Below, one piece after another: positions 28,624 to 38,335 of a DNA stretch of 64,000 nt. The DNA comes from Alphaproteobacteria bacterium. GTDB taxonomy: Bacteria > Pseudomonadota > Alphaproteobacteria > MPNO01. The notes beneath the pieces are model-generated. The model made no database searches. It was given only the letters and a program-made list of their open reading frames with translations, and was not told the DNA's origin. Both the position numbers and the translations under genes were made by a program. The stretch is from NCBI GenBank assembly GCA_965117055.1, contig OZ220750.1, positions 124,902 to 188,901 of the forward strand, given 5' to 3'. Numbering within the stretch: position 1 is the first letter of the stretch; the number at the start of each line of letters is the position of its first letter.

Positions 28624-29172
28624 ATGACCCGATACCGGCCGGTCAGGCCCGAAACCATGAGCGACGCCCAGAGGGCGGTCTACGAGTCGATCGCGTCGGG
28701 GCCGCGCGGCTCCGTGTTCGGGCCCTTTCCCGTCCTGCTGAACAGCCCCGGCCTCGCCGACCAGGTGCAGAAGCTCGGCGCCTTTCTCCGCTTCGGATCG
28801 TCCCTGCCGGGAAACCTGCGCGAGATCGCTGTCCTCGCGACCTCGCGGTTCTGGGCGGCCGAGTTCGAATGGTACGCGCACGCGCCCATCGCCCGCGAGG
28901 AAGGGGTCGCCGACGCGATCGTCGAGGCGATACGGACCGGGGCCGAGCCGGCCTTCGAGGACGAGGCGGAGGAGGCGGTCTGGCGCTTCGCCGTCGAGCT
29001 GCACGAGACCCGCGACGTGGACGACGCGCTCTATGCCCGCGTCCAGGCGCTGCTCGGGCAGGAGGCGCTCACCGACTTGATCGCGGTTTGCGGCTACTAC
29101 ACGATGCTCGCGATGACGCTCAACCTCTATCGCGTGCCGACGCCCGACGGATCGTCCGCCTTCGGCGGCTGA
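28624..29172 (+). CDS. carboxymuconolactone decarboxylase (AhpD-like) family protein
   Basis: GPFPVLLNSP, LREIAVL, EFEWYAH, CGYY. Confidence 0.82.
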   Translation: MTRYRPVRPETMSDAQRAVYESIASGPRGSVFGPFPVLLNSPGLADQVQKLGAFLRFGSSLPGNLREIAVLATSRFWAAEFEWYAHAPIAREEGVADAIVEAIRTGAEPAFEDEAEEAVWRFAVELHETRDVDDALYARVQALLGQEALTDLIAVCGYYTMLAMTLNLYRVPTPDGSSAFGG

Positions 29173-29191
29173 CGCGGGGGAGGAGCAAGGC

Positions 29192-29953
29192 ATGGAAAAA
29201 GGCGCGGCCGTACTGGTCACCGGAGGCTCGTCCGGCATCGGCGCGGCCACCGCCTTGCAGCTCGCCGAGAAGGGCTGGCACGTCGCGGTCAACTACCGCG
29301 CCAACGAAGCCGGGGCGGAGGACACCGTGGCGGCCTGCGAAGCCGCCGGAGCCGAGGCGTTCGCGCTCCAGGGCGACGTTTCCGACGACGACGCCTGCCG
29401 CCGCATGGCCGGGGCGGTCGAGGCGCGCTGGGGCCGCATCGACGCGCTGGTCAACAACGCCGGCGCCACGCGGTTCCACGATCCCTTCGACCTGGAAGGG
29501 CTGACGGCGGACGACTTCGCCTCGTCCTACGCGGTCAACGTCACCGGCGCGTTCCAGATGGCGCGCGCGGTCGCGCCGGCGATGAAGCGGGCGGGCGGCG
29601 GCGCGATCGTCAACGTGTCGTCGTTCGCCGCCGCGCTCGGCGCCGGGAGCTCGATCGCCTATACCGCGTCCAAGGGGGCGGTGAACACGCTGACGCTCTG
29701 CCTCGCCCGGGTGCTGGCGCCCGAGATCCGGGTGAACTGCGTCGCGCCCACGCTGACCGACACGCGCTGGAACCGCTCCGGGCTCGGCGACGAGCGCTAC
29801 GAGAAGGTGCTGTCCGGCTTCGTCGCCGCGGCCCCGCTCAAGCGGAAGATCGTCGCCGAGGACGTGGCCGACGCCATCGTCTGGCTGGTCACCGGCGCCG
29901 AGCTGGTGACCGGCGAGATCGTCCCGATCAGCGCCGGCACCCATCTGGGTTAG
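29192..29953 (+). CDS. SDR family oxidoreductase
   Basis: TGGSSGIG, LVNNAG, YTASK. Confidence 0.9.
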   Translation: MEKGAAVLVTGGSSGIGAATALQLAEKGWHVAVNYRANEAGAEDTVAACEAAGAEAFALQGDVSDDDACRRMAGAVEARWGRIDALVNNAGATRFHDPFDLEGLTADDFASSYAVNVTGAFQMARAVAPAMKRAGGGAIVNVSSFAAALGAGSSIAYTASKGAVNTLTLCLARVLAPEIRVNCVAPTLTDTRWNRSGLGDERYEKVLSGFVAAAPLKRKIVAEDVADAIVWLVTGAELVTGEIVPISAGTHLG

Positions 29954-30117
29954 GGCATTTTCCGACCTGACGCGGTCCCCCTCACCCCGGCCCTCTCCCC
30001 GCTGGGGAGAGGGAGAGTTGCGGCGCCGCCGCCGCCTCTTCTCCCCTCCCGCTCGCGGGAGGGGCCGAGGGAGGGTGGGCCGGCCGTCCCGACCCGATTG
30101 AGTCGGAAAATGCTCTA
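29951..30117. mobile_element. TA-flanked MITE shell (GCATTTTCCGAC...GTCGGAAAATGC) carrying family D palindromes
   Basis: Terminal inverted repeats; starts at the SDR TAG stop. Confidence 0.65.
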
Positions 30118-30147
30118 CGCGAAATCCGGGCGGCGGAAAATGCCGGG

Positions 30148-30771
30148 CTACCCCTGACCGAAATCGAGGCCGCGCTGTACGCCGGGCCTTGCCTCCATCT
30201 CGCCGCACCAGCGGTCGAGATTGGCGTAGCCCTGCATCAGATGGGGCGTCACCTGCTTGCAGCGGACCAGCGTGCCGAACATCGCGAAGTCGGCGATGCT
30301 GACCGCCTCGCCGCCGCAATTGGCGCGCGTCGACAGCGCTTCGTCCCAGACCCGGAGGAAGTCGCCGAAGCGGTCCTCGAACATCTTCTGGGTCGGCGCG
30401 TGCGGGTCTTCCGAACGCACGATGGCGAAGATCGTCGACAGCGTCGGGCCCATGTCGGAGAGGATGTTGACGTAGCGCTCGCGGAACAGGGGTTGGTTTT
30501 CCGCGCCGGCGATCCCGAACCGGCCCGTCTTGTCGGCGAGATAGGCGAGCATCGCGCCCGACTGCGCCATGGTGAGCGGCGTCCCGTCCGGCCCGTCATG
30601 GTCGACCATCGCAGGCGTCAGCCCTTGCGGGTTGATCGCGAGGAAGTCGGGCTCGCGATGCGCGCCGGCGAAGATGTCGACAAGTTTGAGCGAATAGGCG
30701 AGGCCGCACTCCTCCAGCATGATCTTGACGCGGATCCCGTTCGAGGTGGCCGCGGCGTAGAGGTCGATCAA
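30148..30771 (-). CDS. glutathione S-transferase (YfcG-like)
   Basis: TSNG, MLEECGL, INPQGLTP, QSGAMLAYLADKTG, SIAD. Confidence 0.87.
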   Translation of the reverse strand: MIDLYAAATSNGIRVKIMLEECGLAYSLKLVDIFAGAHREPDFLAINPQGLTPAMVDHDGPDGTPLTMAQSGAMLAYLADKTGRFGIAGAENQPLFRERYVNILSDMGPTLSTIFAIVRSEDPHAPTQKMFEDRFGDFLRVWDEALSTRANCGGEAVSIADFAMFGTLVRCKQVTPHLMQGYANLDRWCGEMEARPGVQRGLDFGQG

Positions 30772-30799
30772 TGGTTCCTCCTTCGGTGGGGCGTGGGGT

Positions 30800-31684
30800 T
30801 CAGCGGGTCACGCAGCTTTCGGTGAAGGCGCGGACCGCCGCGTTGAAGGCTTCCGGGTGCTCGCGATAGCAGAAATGCCCGGATTCGTTGAAGATGTGGA
30901 GATAGGTCCGGCGCTCCTTGGCGGTGAGGAACTCCATCAGCGCCATGCCCTGCCAGAGCGGCGCGGTCGGGTCGTTGTAGCCCCACAGCATCAGCGTCGG
31001 GCGCTGCAAACCCCGGTCGAGCAGCCAGCGGTGGGTCTCCTCGAGGTCGCGCTGGAGGTCGGGCAGGAACTTCGTCGCCAGCAGCCCCTCGTCCGACATC
31101 TTGCGCACCGCCTCGTCGTATTTCGGCGTGTTCGCCGCCTCGACCGCGACGTCGAGCCAGCCCTCGGTGACGCAGGCCGTGTTGTAGGAGTAGCGCTCCA
31201 GCACCCAGCGGTGGCATTCGCGCGAGCGCAGCGGCAGCGGCGGGTCGGCGTGGACGATCTCGTTGCGCCCGGCGCCGGGCGACAGCGTGCCGGAATCGAC
31301 GATGATGCAGGACCGGCACTGCTCGGGATGCTGGAGCGCGAGCCGGGTCACAAGATAGCCGCCGCGCGAATGCCCGCAGAGATGCGCCGGTCCGATGCCG
31401 AGCGTCTCCATGAAGCGCGAGACGTGGTCGGTCTGGGCCTGGATGGTGTAGCCGTCGTCGGTCTTCGGGTTGTCGGTGAACCCCATGCCGAGCTTGTCCA
31501 TCGCATAGACCCGGTAGTGCTGCGACAGCGCGTCGAAGTTGGTGTCCCAGTCGTCGGCGAGGTCGGCCGCGATGGCGCCCATGTGACCGCCATGGACCAG
31601 CACCAGCGGCTCGCCCTCGCCCTTCTCGAAATAGCGTGTCCGAATGCCGTCGACATCGACATATCCGGGATCCGAAAGCGGCAT
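30800..31684 (-). CDS. alpha/beta hydrolase (meta-cleavage-product hydrolase-like)
   Basis: LVLVHGG, CGHSRGG nucleophile elbow, WGYND, SGH. Confidence 0.83.
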   Translation of the reverse strand: MPLSDPGYVDVDGIRTRYFEKGEGEPLVLVHGGHMGAIAADLADDWDTNFDALSQHYRVYAMDKLGMGFTDNPKTDDGYTIQAQTDHVSRFMETLGIGPAHLCGHSRGGYLVTRLALQHPEQCRSCIIVDSGTLSPGAGRNEIVHADPPLPLRSRECHRWVLERYSYNTACVTEGWLDVAVEAANTPKYDEAVRKMSDEGLLATKFLPDLQRDLEETHRWLLDRGLQRPTLMLWGYNDPTAPLWQGMALMEFLTAKERRTYLHIFNESGHFCYREHPEAFNAAVRAFTESCVTR

Positions 31685-31769
31685 TGTTTCCCCCTCGCGT
31701 TGGTGCGGTTCGCTATGATCGGGCAATCATAGCGCGGCGCGGCGGGGCACCGCCATCGGGGGAGAACGG

Positions 31770-32603
31770 ATGCTCGAACTCTACGATTTCAACAACTCGG
31801 TCTGCGCGCAGAAGGTCCGCATGACGCTCGCCGAGAAGGGGCTCGACTGGACCGAGCGCGAGGTCGACCTGTTCCGGCTCGAGCAGTACGACCCCAAATA
31901 CCTCGCCTTCAACCCGAAGGGCGTGGTGCCGACGCTGGTCCATGACGGGACGCCGGTGATCGAGTCGACGCTGATCTGCGAGTATCTCGACGACGTGTTC
32001 CCCGACCCGCCGCTTCGCCCCTCCGCCCCGGCCGAGCTGTCGGCGATGCGGGTCTGGTCCAAGACGGTGGACGAGGGGCTGCACGCCGGGATCACCGCGA
32101 TCAGCTTTTCCGCCATGTTCCGCGAGCGCATGCGGGGGATGACCGACGAGCAGCGCGCCAGGCGCTGGCGCAATATCGGCGACCCGGCGCGCAGCGACCG
32201 CGACCGCTCGGTCTACGAGCACGGCGTGGAATCGCCCTATGTCTACAACGCCATCGCGGCCTACGAATCCGCGTTCGGGAAGCTGGAAAAGACCCTTGCC
32301 CACGGGCGGGACTGGGTCATGGGCGATGCCTTCACCCTCGCCGACATCGTGCTCGCGCCCTACATGGCGCGGCTCGACTACCTCACCTTGCTCGACGTCT
32401 GGACCGGAGACCGGCCCGGCGTCGCGGCCTGGTGGGAAAGGCTCAAGCAGCGGGCGTCCCTGCGCGCCCAGCTCAGCGGCAGGCTGACGCCGGAAATGAT
32501 CGGGCCGATGAACCGGTTCGGCGCGGCGATCCGCGGCCGCATGGCCGAACGGCGGGACGACCACCTGGCGGAGCTCGCCGCCGCCCGCGCGGACGCGGCC
32601 TGA
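31770..32603 (+). CDS. glutathione S-transferase family protein
   Basis: SVCAQKVR, NPKGVVPTL, ESTLICEYLD, FTLAD. Confidence 0.88.
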   Translation: MLELYDFNNSVCAQKVRMTLAEKGLDWTEREVDLFRLEQYDPKYLAFNPKGVVPTLVHDGTPVIESTLICEYLDDVFPDPPLRPSAPAELSAMRVWSKTVDEGLHAGITAISFSAMFRERMRGMTDEQRARRWRNIGDPARSDRDRSVYEHGVESPYVYNAIAAYESAFGKLEKTLAHGRDWVMGDAFTLADIVLAPYMARLDYLTLLDVWTGDRPGVAAWWERLKQRASLRAQLSGRLTPEMIGPMNRFGAAIRGRMAERRDDHLAELAAARADAA

Positions 32604-32604
32604 G

Positions 32605-33579
32605 GTGAAGGCCTGGCGGTCGGGTGGCGCCCCCGGCATCGAAGGCCTCGCGCTCGCCGAGATCGCGCCGCCGGTGCCCGGGCCGGGCGAATTGCTGGTC
32701 CGCGTCGAGGCGGCGGCGGTCAACTTCTCCGACCTCCTGATGATCGGCGACCGCTACCAGGTCCGGCCCGAGCGTCCCTTCACCCCCGGCCAGGAGGTCG
32801 CCGGCGTGGTCGAAGAGGCGGGGCCGGGCGCGGAGACCCCGCCGGGCGCGCGGATCGCCGCCAAGACCATCTGGGGCGGCTTCGCGGAGAAGGCGATCGT
32901 CCGCGACGACATGGCGATCCGCCTGCCGGACGGAATGCCGTTCGCGACCGGGGCGGCGCTGCCCGTGGTCTACACCACGGCGGTGGTCGCGCTGACCGAG
33001 ACCGCTTGCGTCGGCGAAGGCGACAGCGTGCTGGTGTTCGCCGCGACGGGCGGCATGGGCATCGCGGCGATGCAGGTCGCGAAGGCGCTCGGCGCGCGGG
33101 CGATCGCCGTCGCCTCGGGCGCGGCGAAGGAGGCGGTCGCCCGGGAGGAAGGCGCCGATGCCGTCATCCCCTCGGACGCGGAGGATTTCATCGAACGCGC
33201 GATGGCGGCCACCGGCGGAAAGGGCGCCGATATCGTCGTCGATACGGTCGGCGGCGAGGCCACGGCGCGCGCGCTGGAATGCCTCGCCTGGCGCGGCGAG
33301 CTGCTGGTCGTCGGATTCCTGAGCGGCGAGGTGCCGCGGATCCCGGCGCACCGGCTTCTGCTCAAGGGGGCGTCGGCGAAAGGCGTCTACTGGGACCACG
33401 ACCGCGACCGGGCGCTGGTCGGGCGCGCGGTCCGCCGGGTGCTGGAGATGGCCGAAAGCGGCGCGATCCGGCCGCGCGTCGATACCCGCCACCGCCTCGC
33501 CGAGCTGCCGCGCGCGCTCGACGCGCTCGCGCGGCGCGAGACGGTCGGCAAGCTGGTGCTCGCGGCCCGGTCCCGGTAG
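32605..33579 (+). CDS. NADPH:quinone oxidoreductase (MDR family)
   Basis: VNFSDLL, PFTPGQEVAG, AATGGMG, GKLVL. Confidence 0.88.
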   Translation: MKAWRSGGAPGIEGLALAEIAPPVPGPGELLVRVEAAAVNFSDLLMIGDRYQVRPERPFTPGQEVAGVVEEAGPGAETPPGARIAAKTIWGGFAEKAIVRDDMAIRLPDGMPFATGAALPVVYTTAVVALTETACVGEGDSVLVFAATGGMGIAAMQVAKALGARAIAVASGAAKEAVAREEGADAVIPSDAEDFIERAMAATGGKGADIVVDTVGGEATARALECLAWRGELLVVGFLSGEVPRIPAHRLLLKGASAKGVYWDHDRDRALVGRAVRRVLEMAESGAIRPRVDTRHRLAELPRALDALARRETVGKLVLAARSR

Positions 33580-33662
33580 AGCGGATCGACGCGAAGGCCC
33601 GCCGCCCGCTTTGCCCCAAGGGCACGGCGGACGCTACCGGGCGCTGCCGGATCGATCGAGAG

Positions 33663-33842
33663 TCAGTCGGAAAGAGAATTGTCTCCGCTGCGCCAGCGGG
33701 TCTGTGATTTGCATTTCTTGCAAATTCTTTCGCCCGCCCACGCACTTTGAAACATCTCACTGCACATCAGGCAAGAACGCTCCCTTGCACTGTACCTGTG
33801 CTCTAACCCCTGCTCTTCAACTTCGTAGTCGAGTTCTTCCAC
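33663..33842 (-). CDS. small CxxC-x16-CxxC zinc-ribbon-like protein (59 aa; absent from ORF track)
   Basis: Manual translation [59 protein letters not shown]. Confidence 0.7.
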   Translation of the reverse strand: MEELDYEVEEQGLEHRYSARERSCLMCSEMFQSAWAGERICKKCKSQTRWRSGDNSLSD

Positions 33843-34031
33843 ATATCCACTCTATCCACAGATGGACCGAAATGCAATGCCAAAATTGATTTGGCGACCG
33901 CGTTGATGGAGTTTTTTGTTATAGGAGCGTGCACGCAAAAGAGGTATCCGCAACGGGGTCGCGGTTCGCGCCCGTTTCGGCCTATGATGCGCGCCCCGCA
34001 ACCGAACGGAGGCAATATCGGAGGCCATGTC

Positions 34032-34247
34032 TTGAAGGAAGACCTGCTGGAGACGACCGGCACCGTGACCGAGAAGCTCCCCAACGCCATGTTCCGGGTC
34101 AAGCTCGAGAACGACCACGAGATCATCGCCCAGCCCAAGGGGAAGATGAGAAAGTTCCGCATCCGCGTGATGGTCGGCGACCGGGTCGACGTGGAGATGT
34201 CGCCCTACGACCTGAGCCGCGGGCGGATCACGTTCCGCCACAAATAG
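34032..34247 (+). CDS. infA: translation initiation factor IF-1
   Basis: KED...[16 protein letters not shown]...[10 protein letters not shown]...[21 protein letters not shown]; GGAGG upstream of TTG. Confidence 0.95.
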   Translation: MKEDLLETTGTVTEKLPNAMFRVKLENDHEIIAQPKGKMRKFRIRVMVGDRVDVEMSPYDLSRGRITFRHK

Positions 34248-34308
34248 ACGCGCGCGCCGCGTCGCCGCCGAATCCGGCCGCGAACGGCGCAGCGGGAGAT
34301 CCGAAGCC

Positions 34309-35985
34309 GTGACCGAAACCGGGCGCGCAGCCAACGTCGCGGGCATAAGAAGCCCGCGCGGTTCCGGGCTGACCGCGAAGAGCTGGGCCACCGAGGCGCC
34401 GCTCCGCATGCTGATGAACAACCTCGACGCCGAGGTCGCCGAGCATCCCGAGGAGCTCGTCGTCTATGGCGGGATCGGCCGGGCGGCGCGCAACTGGGAC
34501 TGCTACCGCGCGATCGTGGATTCTCTCACCCGTCTCGAGGAGGACGAGACCCTCTGCGTCCAGAGCGGCAAGCCGGTCGGCATCTTCCGCACCCACCCGG
34601 ACGCGCCCCGCGTGCTGATCGCCAATTCCAACCTGGTCGGCGGCTGGGCCAACTGGGAGCATTTCGGCGAGCTCGACCGCGCCGGGCTGATGATGTACGG
34701 CCAGATGACGGCGGGCTCGTGGATCTATATCGGCAGCCAGGGCATCGTCCAGGGCACCTACGAGACCTTCTCCGAGGTCGGCCGCCAGCATTTCGGCGGC
34801 GACCTCTCGGGCAAGTGGATCCTGACCGGCGGGCTCGGCGGCATGGGGGGCGCGCAGCCGCTCGCCGCCACCATGGCGGGGGCGAGCCTGATCGCCGTGG
34901 AGTGCCAGCCGAGCCGGATCGAGTTCCGCCTGAAGACCGGCTATCTCGACACCGAGGCCGCGTCGATCGACCAGGCGCTGGCGATCGTCGACCGCGCGCG
35001 GGCGGACGGAAAGCCGGTCTCGGTGGGGTTGCTGGGCAACGCGGCGGAAGTCTATCCGGAGATCCTCGAACGCGGCATCCGGCCCGACGCGGTGACCGAC
35101 CAGACCTCGGCGCACGATCCGTCGAACGGCTACCTGCCGGCCGGCTGGACGCTGGAGGAATGGGCCGACCGGCGCGAGCGCGACCCGGCCGGCGTCGCCG
35201 AGGCGGCCAAGCGGTCGATGGCGCGCCAGGTGGGCGCGATGCTCGCCTTCCACCGCGAAGGCATCCCGGTGGTCGACTACGGCAACAACATCCGCCAGAT
35301 GGCGTCCGAGGCCGGGCTGAAGGACGCCTTCGACTTCCCGGGCTTCGTCCAGGCCTATGTCAGGCCGCTGTTCTGCCGCGGCAAGGGGCCGTTCCGCTGG
35401 GCCGCGCTGTCGGGCGATCCCGAGGACATCTACCGCACCGACGAGACGGTGAAGGAGCTGCTGCCCGACGACCGGGCGCTGCACAACTGGCTCGACATGG
35501 CGCGCCAGCGGATCCATTTCCAGGGGCTGCCGTCGCGGATCTGCTGGCTCGGGCTCGGCGACCGCGACCGGGTGGGTCTCGCCTTCAACGAACTCGTGCG
35601 GACTGGCGAGATCGCGGGGCCCATCGTGATCGGCCGCGACCACATGGATTCGGGCTCGGTCGCGAGCCCCAACCGCGAGACCGAAGGGATGCTCGACGGC
35701 ACCGACGCGGTCGCCGACTGGGCGTTCCTCAACGCGATGCTGAATACCGCCTCCGGCGCGACCTGGGTCAGCATCCACCACGGCGGCGGGGTCGGCATGG
35801 GCTATTCGCAGCACGCCGGCATGGTGGTGCTCGCCGACGGCACCGACGACGCCGCGCGCAAGCTCGCCCGCGTGCTGTGGAACGACCCCGGCTCCGGCGT
35901 GATGCGCCACGCCGACGCGGGCTACGACATCGCGATCGAGACCGCGAAGCGGCACGGCCTCGACCTGCCGATGCTGGAGGGGTAG
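34309..35985 (+). CDS. hutU: urocanate hydratase
   Basis: [49 protein letters not shown]. Confidence 0.96.
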   Translation: MTETGRAANVAGIRSPRGSGLTAKSWATEAPLRMLMNNLDAEVAEHPEELVVYGGIGRAARNWDCYRAIVDSLTRLEEDETLCVQSGKPVGIFRTHPDAPRVLIANSNLVGGWANWEHFGELDRAGLMMYGQMTAGSWIYIGSQGIVQGTYETFSEVGRQHFGGDLSGKWILTGGLGGMGGAQPLAATMAGASLIAVECQPSRIEFRLKTGYLDTEAASIDQALAIVDRARADGKPVSVGLLGNAAEVYPEILERGIRPDAVTDQTSAHDPSNGYLPAGWTLEEWADRRERDPAGVAEAAKRSMARQVGAMLAFHREGIPVVDYGNNIRQMASEAGLKDAFDFPGFVQAYVRPLFCRGKGPFRWAALSGDPEDIYRTDETVKELLPDDRALHNWLDMARQRIHFQGLPSRICWLGLGDRDRVGLAFNELVRTGEIAGPIVIGRDHMDSGSVASPNRETEGMLDGTDAVADWAFLNAMLNTASGATWVSIHHGGGVGMGYSQHAGMVVLADGTDDAARKLARVLWNDPGSGVMRHADAGYDIAIETAKRHGLDLPMLEG

Positions 35986-35999
35986 GGGCGCCGTCGCCC

Positions 36000-36102
36000 C
36001 CCCCTCACCCTGACCCTCTCCCCCGCGGGGGAGAGGGAACCCGCTCGCCGACCTCTCGTTACCTTCTCCCCTCCCGCTTGCGGGAGGGGCCGGGGGAGGG
36101 TG
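36000..36102. repeat. palindromic repeat family D (CCCCTCACCC..CCCTCTCCCC...GGGAGAGGG / CTCCCCTCCCGC..GCGGGAGGGG)
   Basis: Related copies at about 24300-24690, 29977-30080 and 37150-37252. Confidence 0.75.
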
Positions 36103-36151
36103 GAGCCGGGCGGCCGACGGAAAAGGGGCATCGAAATCTCCGACGTGCCCC

Positions 36152-36952
36152 CTACAGCGTCATCAAGTCCTCGCCGATGACGAGCGCGCCGGCGTAGTCG
36201 CGGCGGATGATCTCGCTGAGCTCGCGGGGTTGGGAGTCCGGCATCATGTGGGTGGTGACCAGGAGGCCGACATCGGCGTCCTTCGCCACCAGCGAGAGCC
36301 GTTCGGGCGAGGTGTGGGCGTGCGGGGTGTGGCTCTTGTCGATCTGCGGCGCCCGCCACTTGTCGTACTGCACGCATTCGTGGATCAGCACGTCCGCGCG
36401 ATGCGCGTGGCGGATCAGGTTCTCCGAGGGGCAGGTATCGCCCGACAGCACGATCTTCCGGTCCTTCGATTCGAACAAATAGCCGAAGGGCTGGTCGAGC
36501 GGGAAGTGATCGACGTCGAAGGCGGTGATTCTGACCCCGTCGATGTCGGCGGCGAGGCCCTGGTCGATCTCGTGCACCACGATGTCGGGCATCGCGCGCG
36601 GCACGGTGCGGATCTTCATGCGCATTTCGAGGTCCGGGCGGTGCATCTCCAGCAACTGCTCGACCATGAGCCGGATGCCCGGCGGCCCGTAAATATGCCA
36701 GGGCGCGTCGGCGCCGTAGATCCACCGGCAGATCATGAAATGCCCGAGGTCGATGTAGTGGTCGGAATGGAGGTGGGTGATGAACAGGCGGTCCACCGCG
36801 TCCGGCCGCACTCCCGCCTCGACCATGCGCGAGACGATGCCCGAGCCGCAATCGACGACGAAGTTGGTGGCGCCCGCGCGGACGACGTAGCCCGGGCCGC
36901 GCCGCTTCGGGTTGGGAAACGGCAGCCCGGTTCCCAGCAGGGTGACTTGCAT
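36152..36952 (-). CDS. MBL-fold hydrolase (RNase Z/arylsulfatase-like)
   Basis: TLLGTG, VVDCG, FITHLHSDH, LSGDT, LIHE, HT. Confidence 0.87.
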   Translation of the reverse strand: MQVTLLGTGLPFPNPKRRGPGYVVRAGATNFVVDCGSGIVSRMVEAGVRPDAVDRLFITHLHSDHYIDLGHFMICRWIYGADAPWHIYGPPGIRLMVEQLLEMHRPDLEMRMKIRTVPRAMPDIVVHEIDQGLAADIDGVRITAFDVDHFPLDQPFGYLFESKDRKIVLSGDTCPSENLIRHAHRADVLIHECVQYDKWRAPQIDKSHTPHAHTSPERLSLVAKDADVGLLVTTHMMPDSQPRELSEIIRRDYAGALVIGEDLMTL

Positions 36953-37018
36953 GCGCTCTCTCCCGGTCGACGGTACGGAGAAGCGAACCGTACCACCGGC
37001 GGGAATGCGCCCCTACCT

Positions 37019-37131
37019 CGTCATGGCCGGACTTGTTCCGGGCATCCACGTCTTGCGGCATCGCGGTGCGAGCGGGAAGAGGACGAGGCGGCGGAAGGAT
37101 GTGGATGCCCGGAACAAGTCCGGCCATGACG
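37019..37131. repeat. palindromic repeat family B (GTCATG.CCGGACTTGTTCCGGGCATCCACG pair)
   Basis: Copies at 40377-40488 and the IS-interrupted copy at 8171-9640. Confidence 0.85.
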
Positions 37132-37149
37132 GAGGGGGACAGTGCCGCC

Positions 37150-37252
37150 ACCCTCCCCCGGCCCCTCCCGCAAGCGGGAGGGGAGAAGATAGGGAAAAGA
37201 CGCCGCCGTGAATCCCCCTCTCCCCCGCGGGGGAGAGGGCCGGGGTGAGGGG
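37150..37252. repeat. palindromic repeat family D (inverted)
   Basis: Reverse-complement match to 36000-36102. Confidence 0.72.
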
Positions 37253-37308
37253 GCCTCTCGGGCGGACATCCGGCCCCGTTCGTGCCGGTTACCGCCCCCT
37301 TGAGCCCG

Positions 37309-38319
37309 TTACTGCTTCCAGACCCCGGCTTCCTTGTAGTACTTCGCCGCGCCCGGGTGGAACTCCATGTTGCCCTTCTGGGTGGCGAAGTCGATCGACA
37401 CCGCGTTCATGTAGGGCGCGCTGGTGCGGATGCCCTCGAGGTTCGACCAGAACAGCTTGGTCATCGCGTAGACGGTGTCGTTGTCGAGCCCCTCGCGCGC
37501 GGTGACGCCGAGGATCGCGCCGTTGCTGTAGACGTCGGCCTCGTTCGCCTGGGCCGCGCCGTAGGCGCCCTTCTTGACCACGCCGTTGATCCGCCCGAGC
37601 GGCGCGAAGAACTTCTTCAGCGCCTCCGTCTTGCGGAGATCGGCCGGGTTCGGCAGGCCGAGGAAGCGGATCTTCGAGGTCGCCGCCAGCTGCTGGAGCT
37701 GCGCGCAGGGATCGAGGCAGGCGATGGTGTAGACGTCGATCTGGCGGTCCTGGAACGCCTGCAGCGCCGAGGCGAAGTTGAGGTTCACGCTCTTGAAGTC
37801 GCCCTTCCTGGAATCGAGCCCGGTCACCGCCTTGATGAAGGCGAGCCCGGTCACCAGCTGGCCGCCCGACGGCGGACCGATGAAGCCGCGCTTGCCCTTG
37901 AGGTCCGCCAGCGTCCTGATCCCGGAGTTCTCGTAGACCGTGTAGTGGTAGGCGCCGGCCGGGAACCAGAACACGATCCTGAGCTTCTTGGCCAGCTCCT
38001 TGACGCCCTTGAGCTTCTTGTAGACCTTGGTTCCCGCCTTCATCCACGCGATCGCGATGGGCGCGGTCATCGACATGTCGATCGAGCCGCGCGCCACGTC
38101 GACCATGTGCTTGGTCGCGGTGCCGGTGGCGTCGACCGTGATCTCGAAATCCTTCTGCCCCTGGTTCACCAGGTTGGCGAAGGTGGTCATCACCAGATAC
38201 ATCGACGAGCCCGGCGCGATGGTCGACATCTTGACCTGGCGCTTCTGCGCCTCGGCGGGCAGCGCCACCGCGGCCGCCAGCAGCCCGGCGACGGCCAGCA
38301 CGCTCCAACGTTTCATCAT
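37309..38319 (-). CDS. TAXI-family TRAP solute receptor
   Basis: Signal peptide, SGIRTLADLKGKR, FHPGAAKYYKEAG. Confidence 0.88.
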   Translation of the reverse strand: MMKRWSVLAVAGLLAAAVALPAEAQKRQVKMSTIAPGSSMYLVMTTFANLVNQGQKDFEITVDATGTATKHMVDVARGSIDMSMTAPIAIAWMKAGTKVYKKLKGVKELAKKLRIVFWFPAGAYHYTVYENSGIRTLADLKGKRGFIGPPSGGQLVTGLAFIKAVTGLDSRKGDFKSVNLNFASALQAFQDRQIDVYTIACLDPCAQLQQLAATSKIRFLGLPNPADLRKTEALKKFFAPLGRINGVVKKGAYGAAQANEADVYSNGAILGVTAREGLDNDTVYAMTKLFWSNLEGIRTSAPYMNAVSIDFATQKGNMEFHPGAAKYYKEAGVWKQ

Positions 38320-38335
38320 GTTCGTTCTCCCCTTG

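Noticed and set aside
34309-35985. hutU without hutH/hutI/hutG
   Set aside because: Split hut operons are common and the other genes may lie outside the window.
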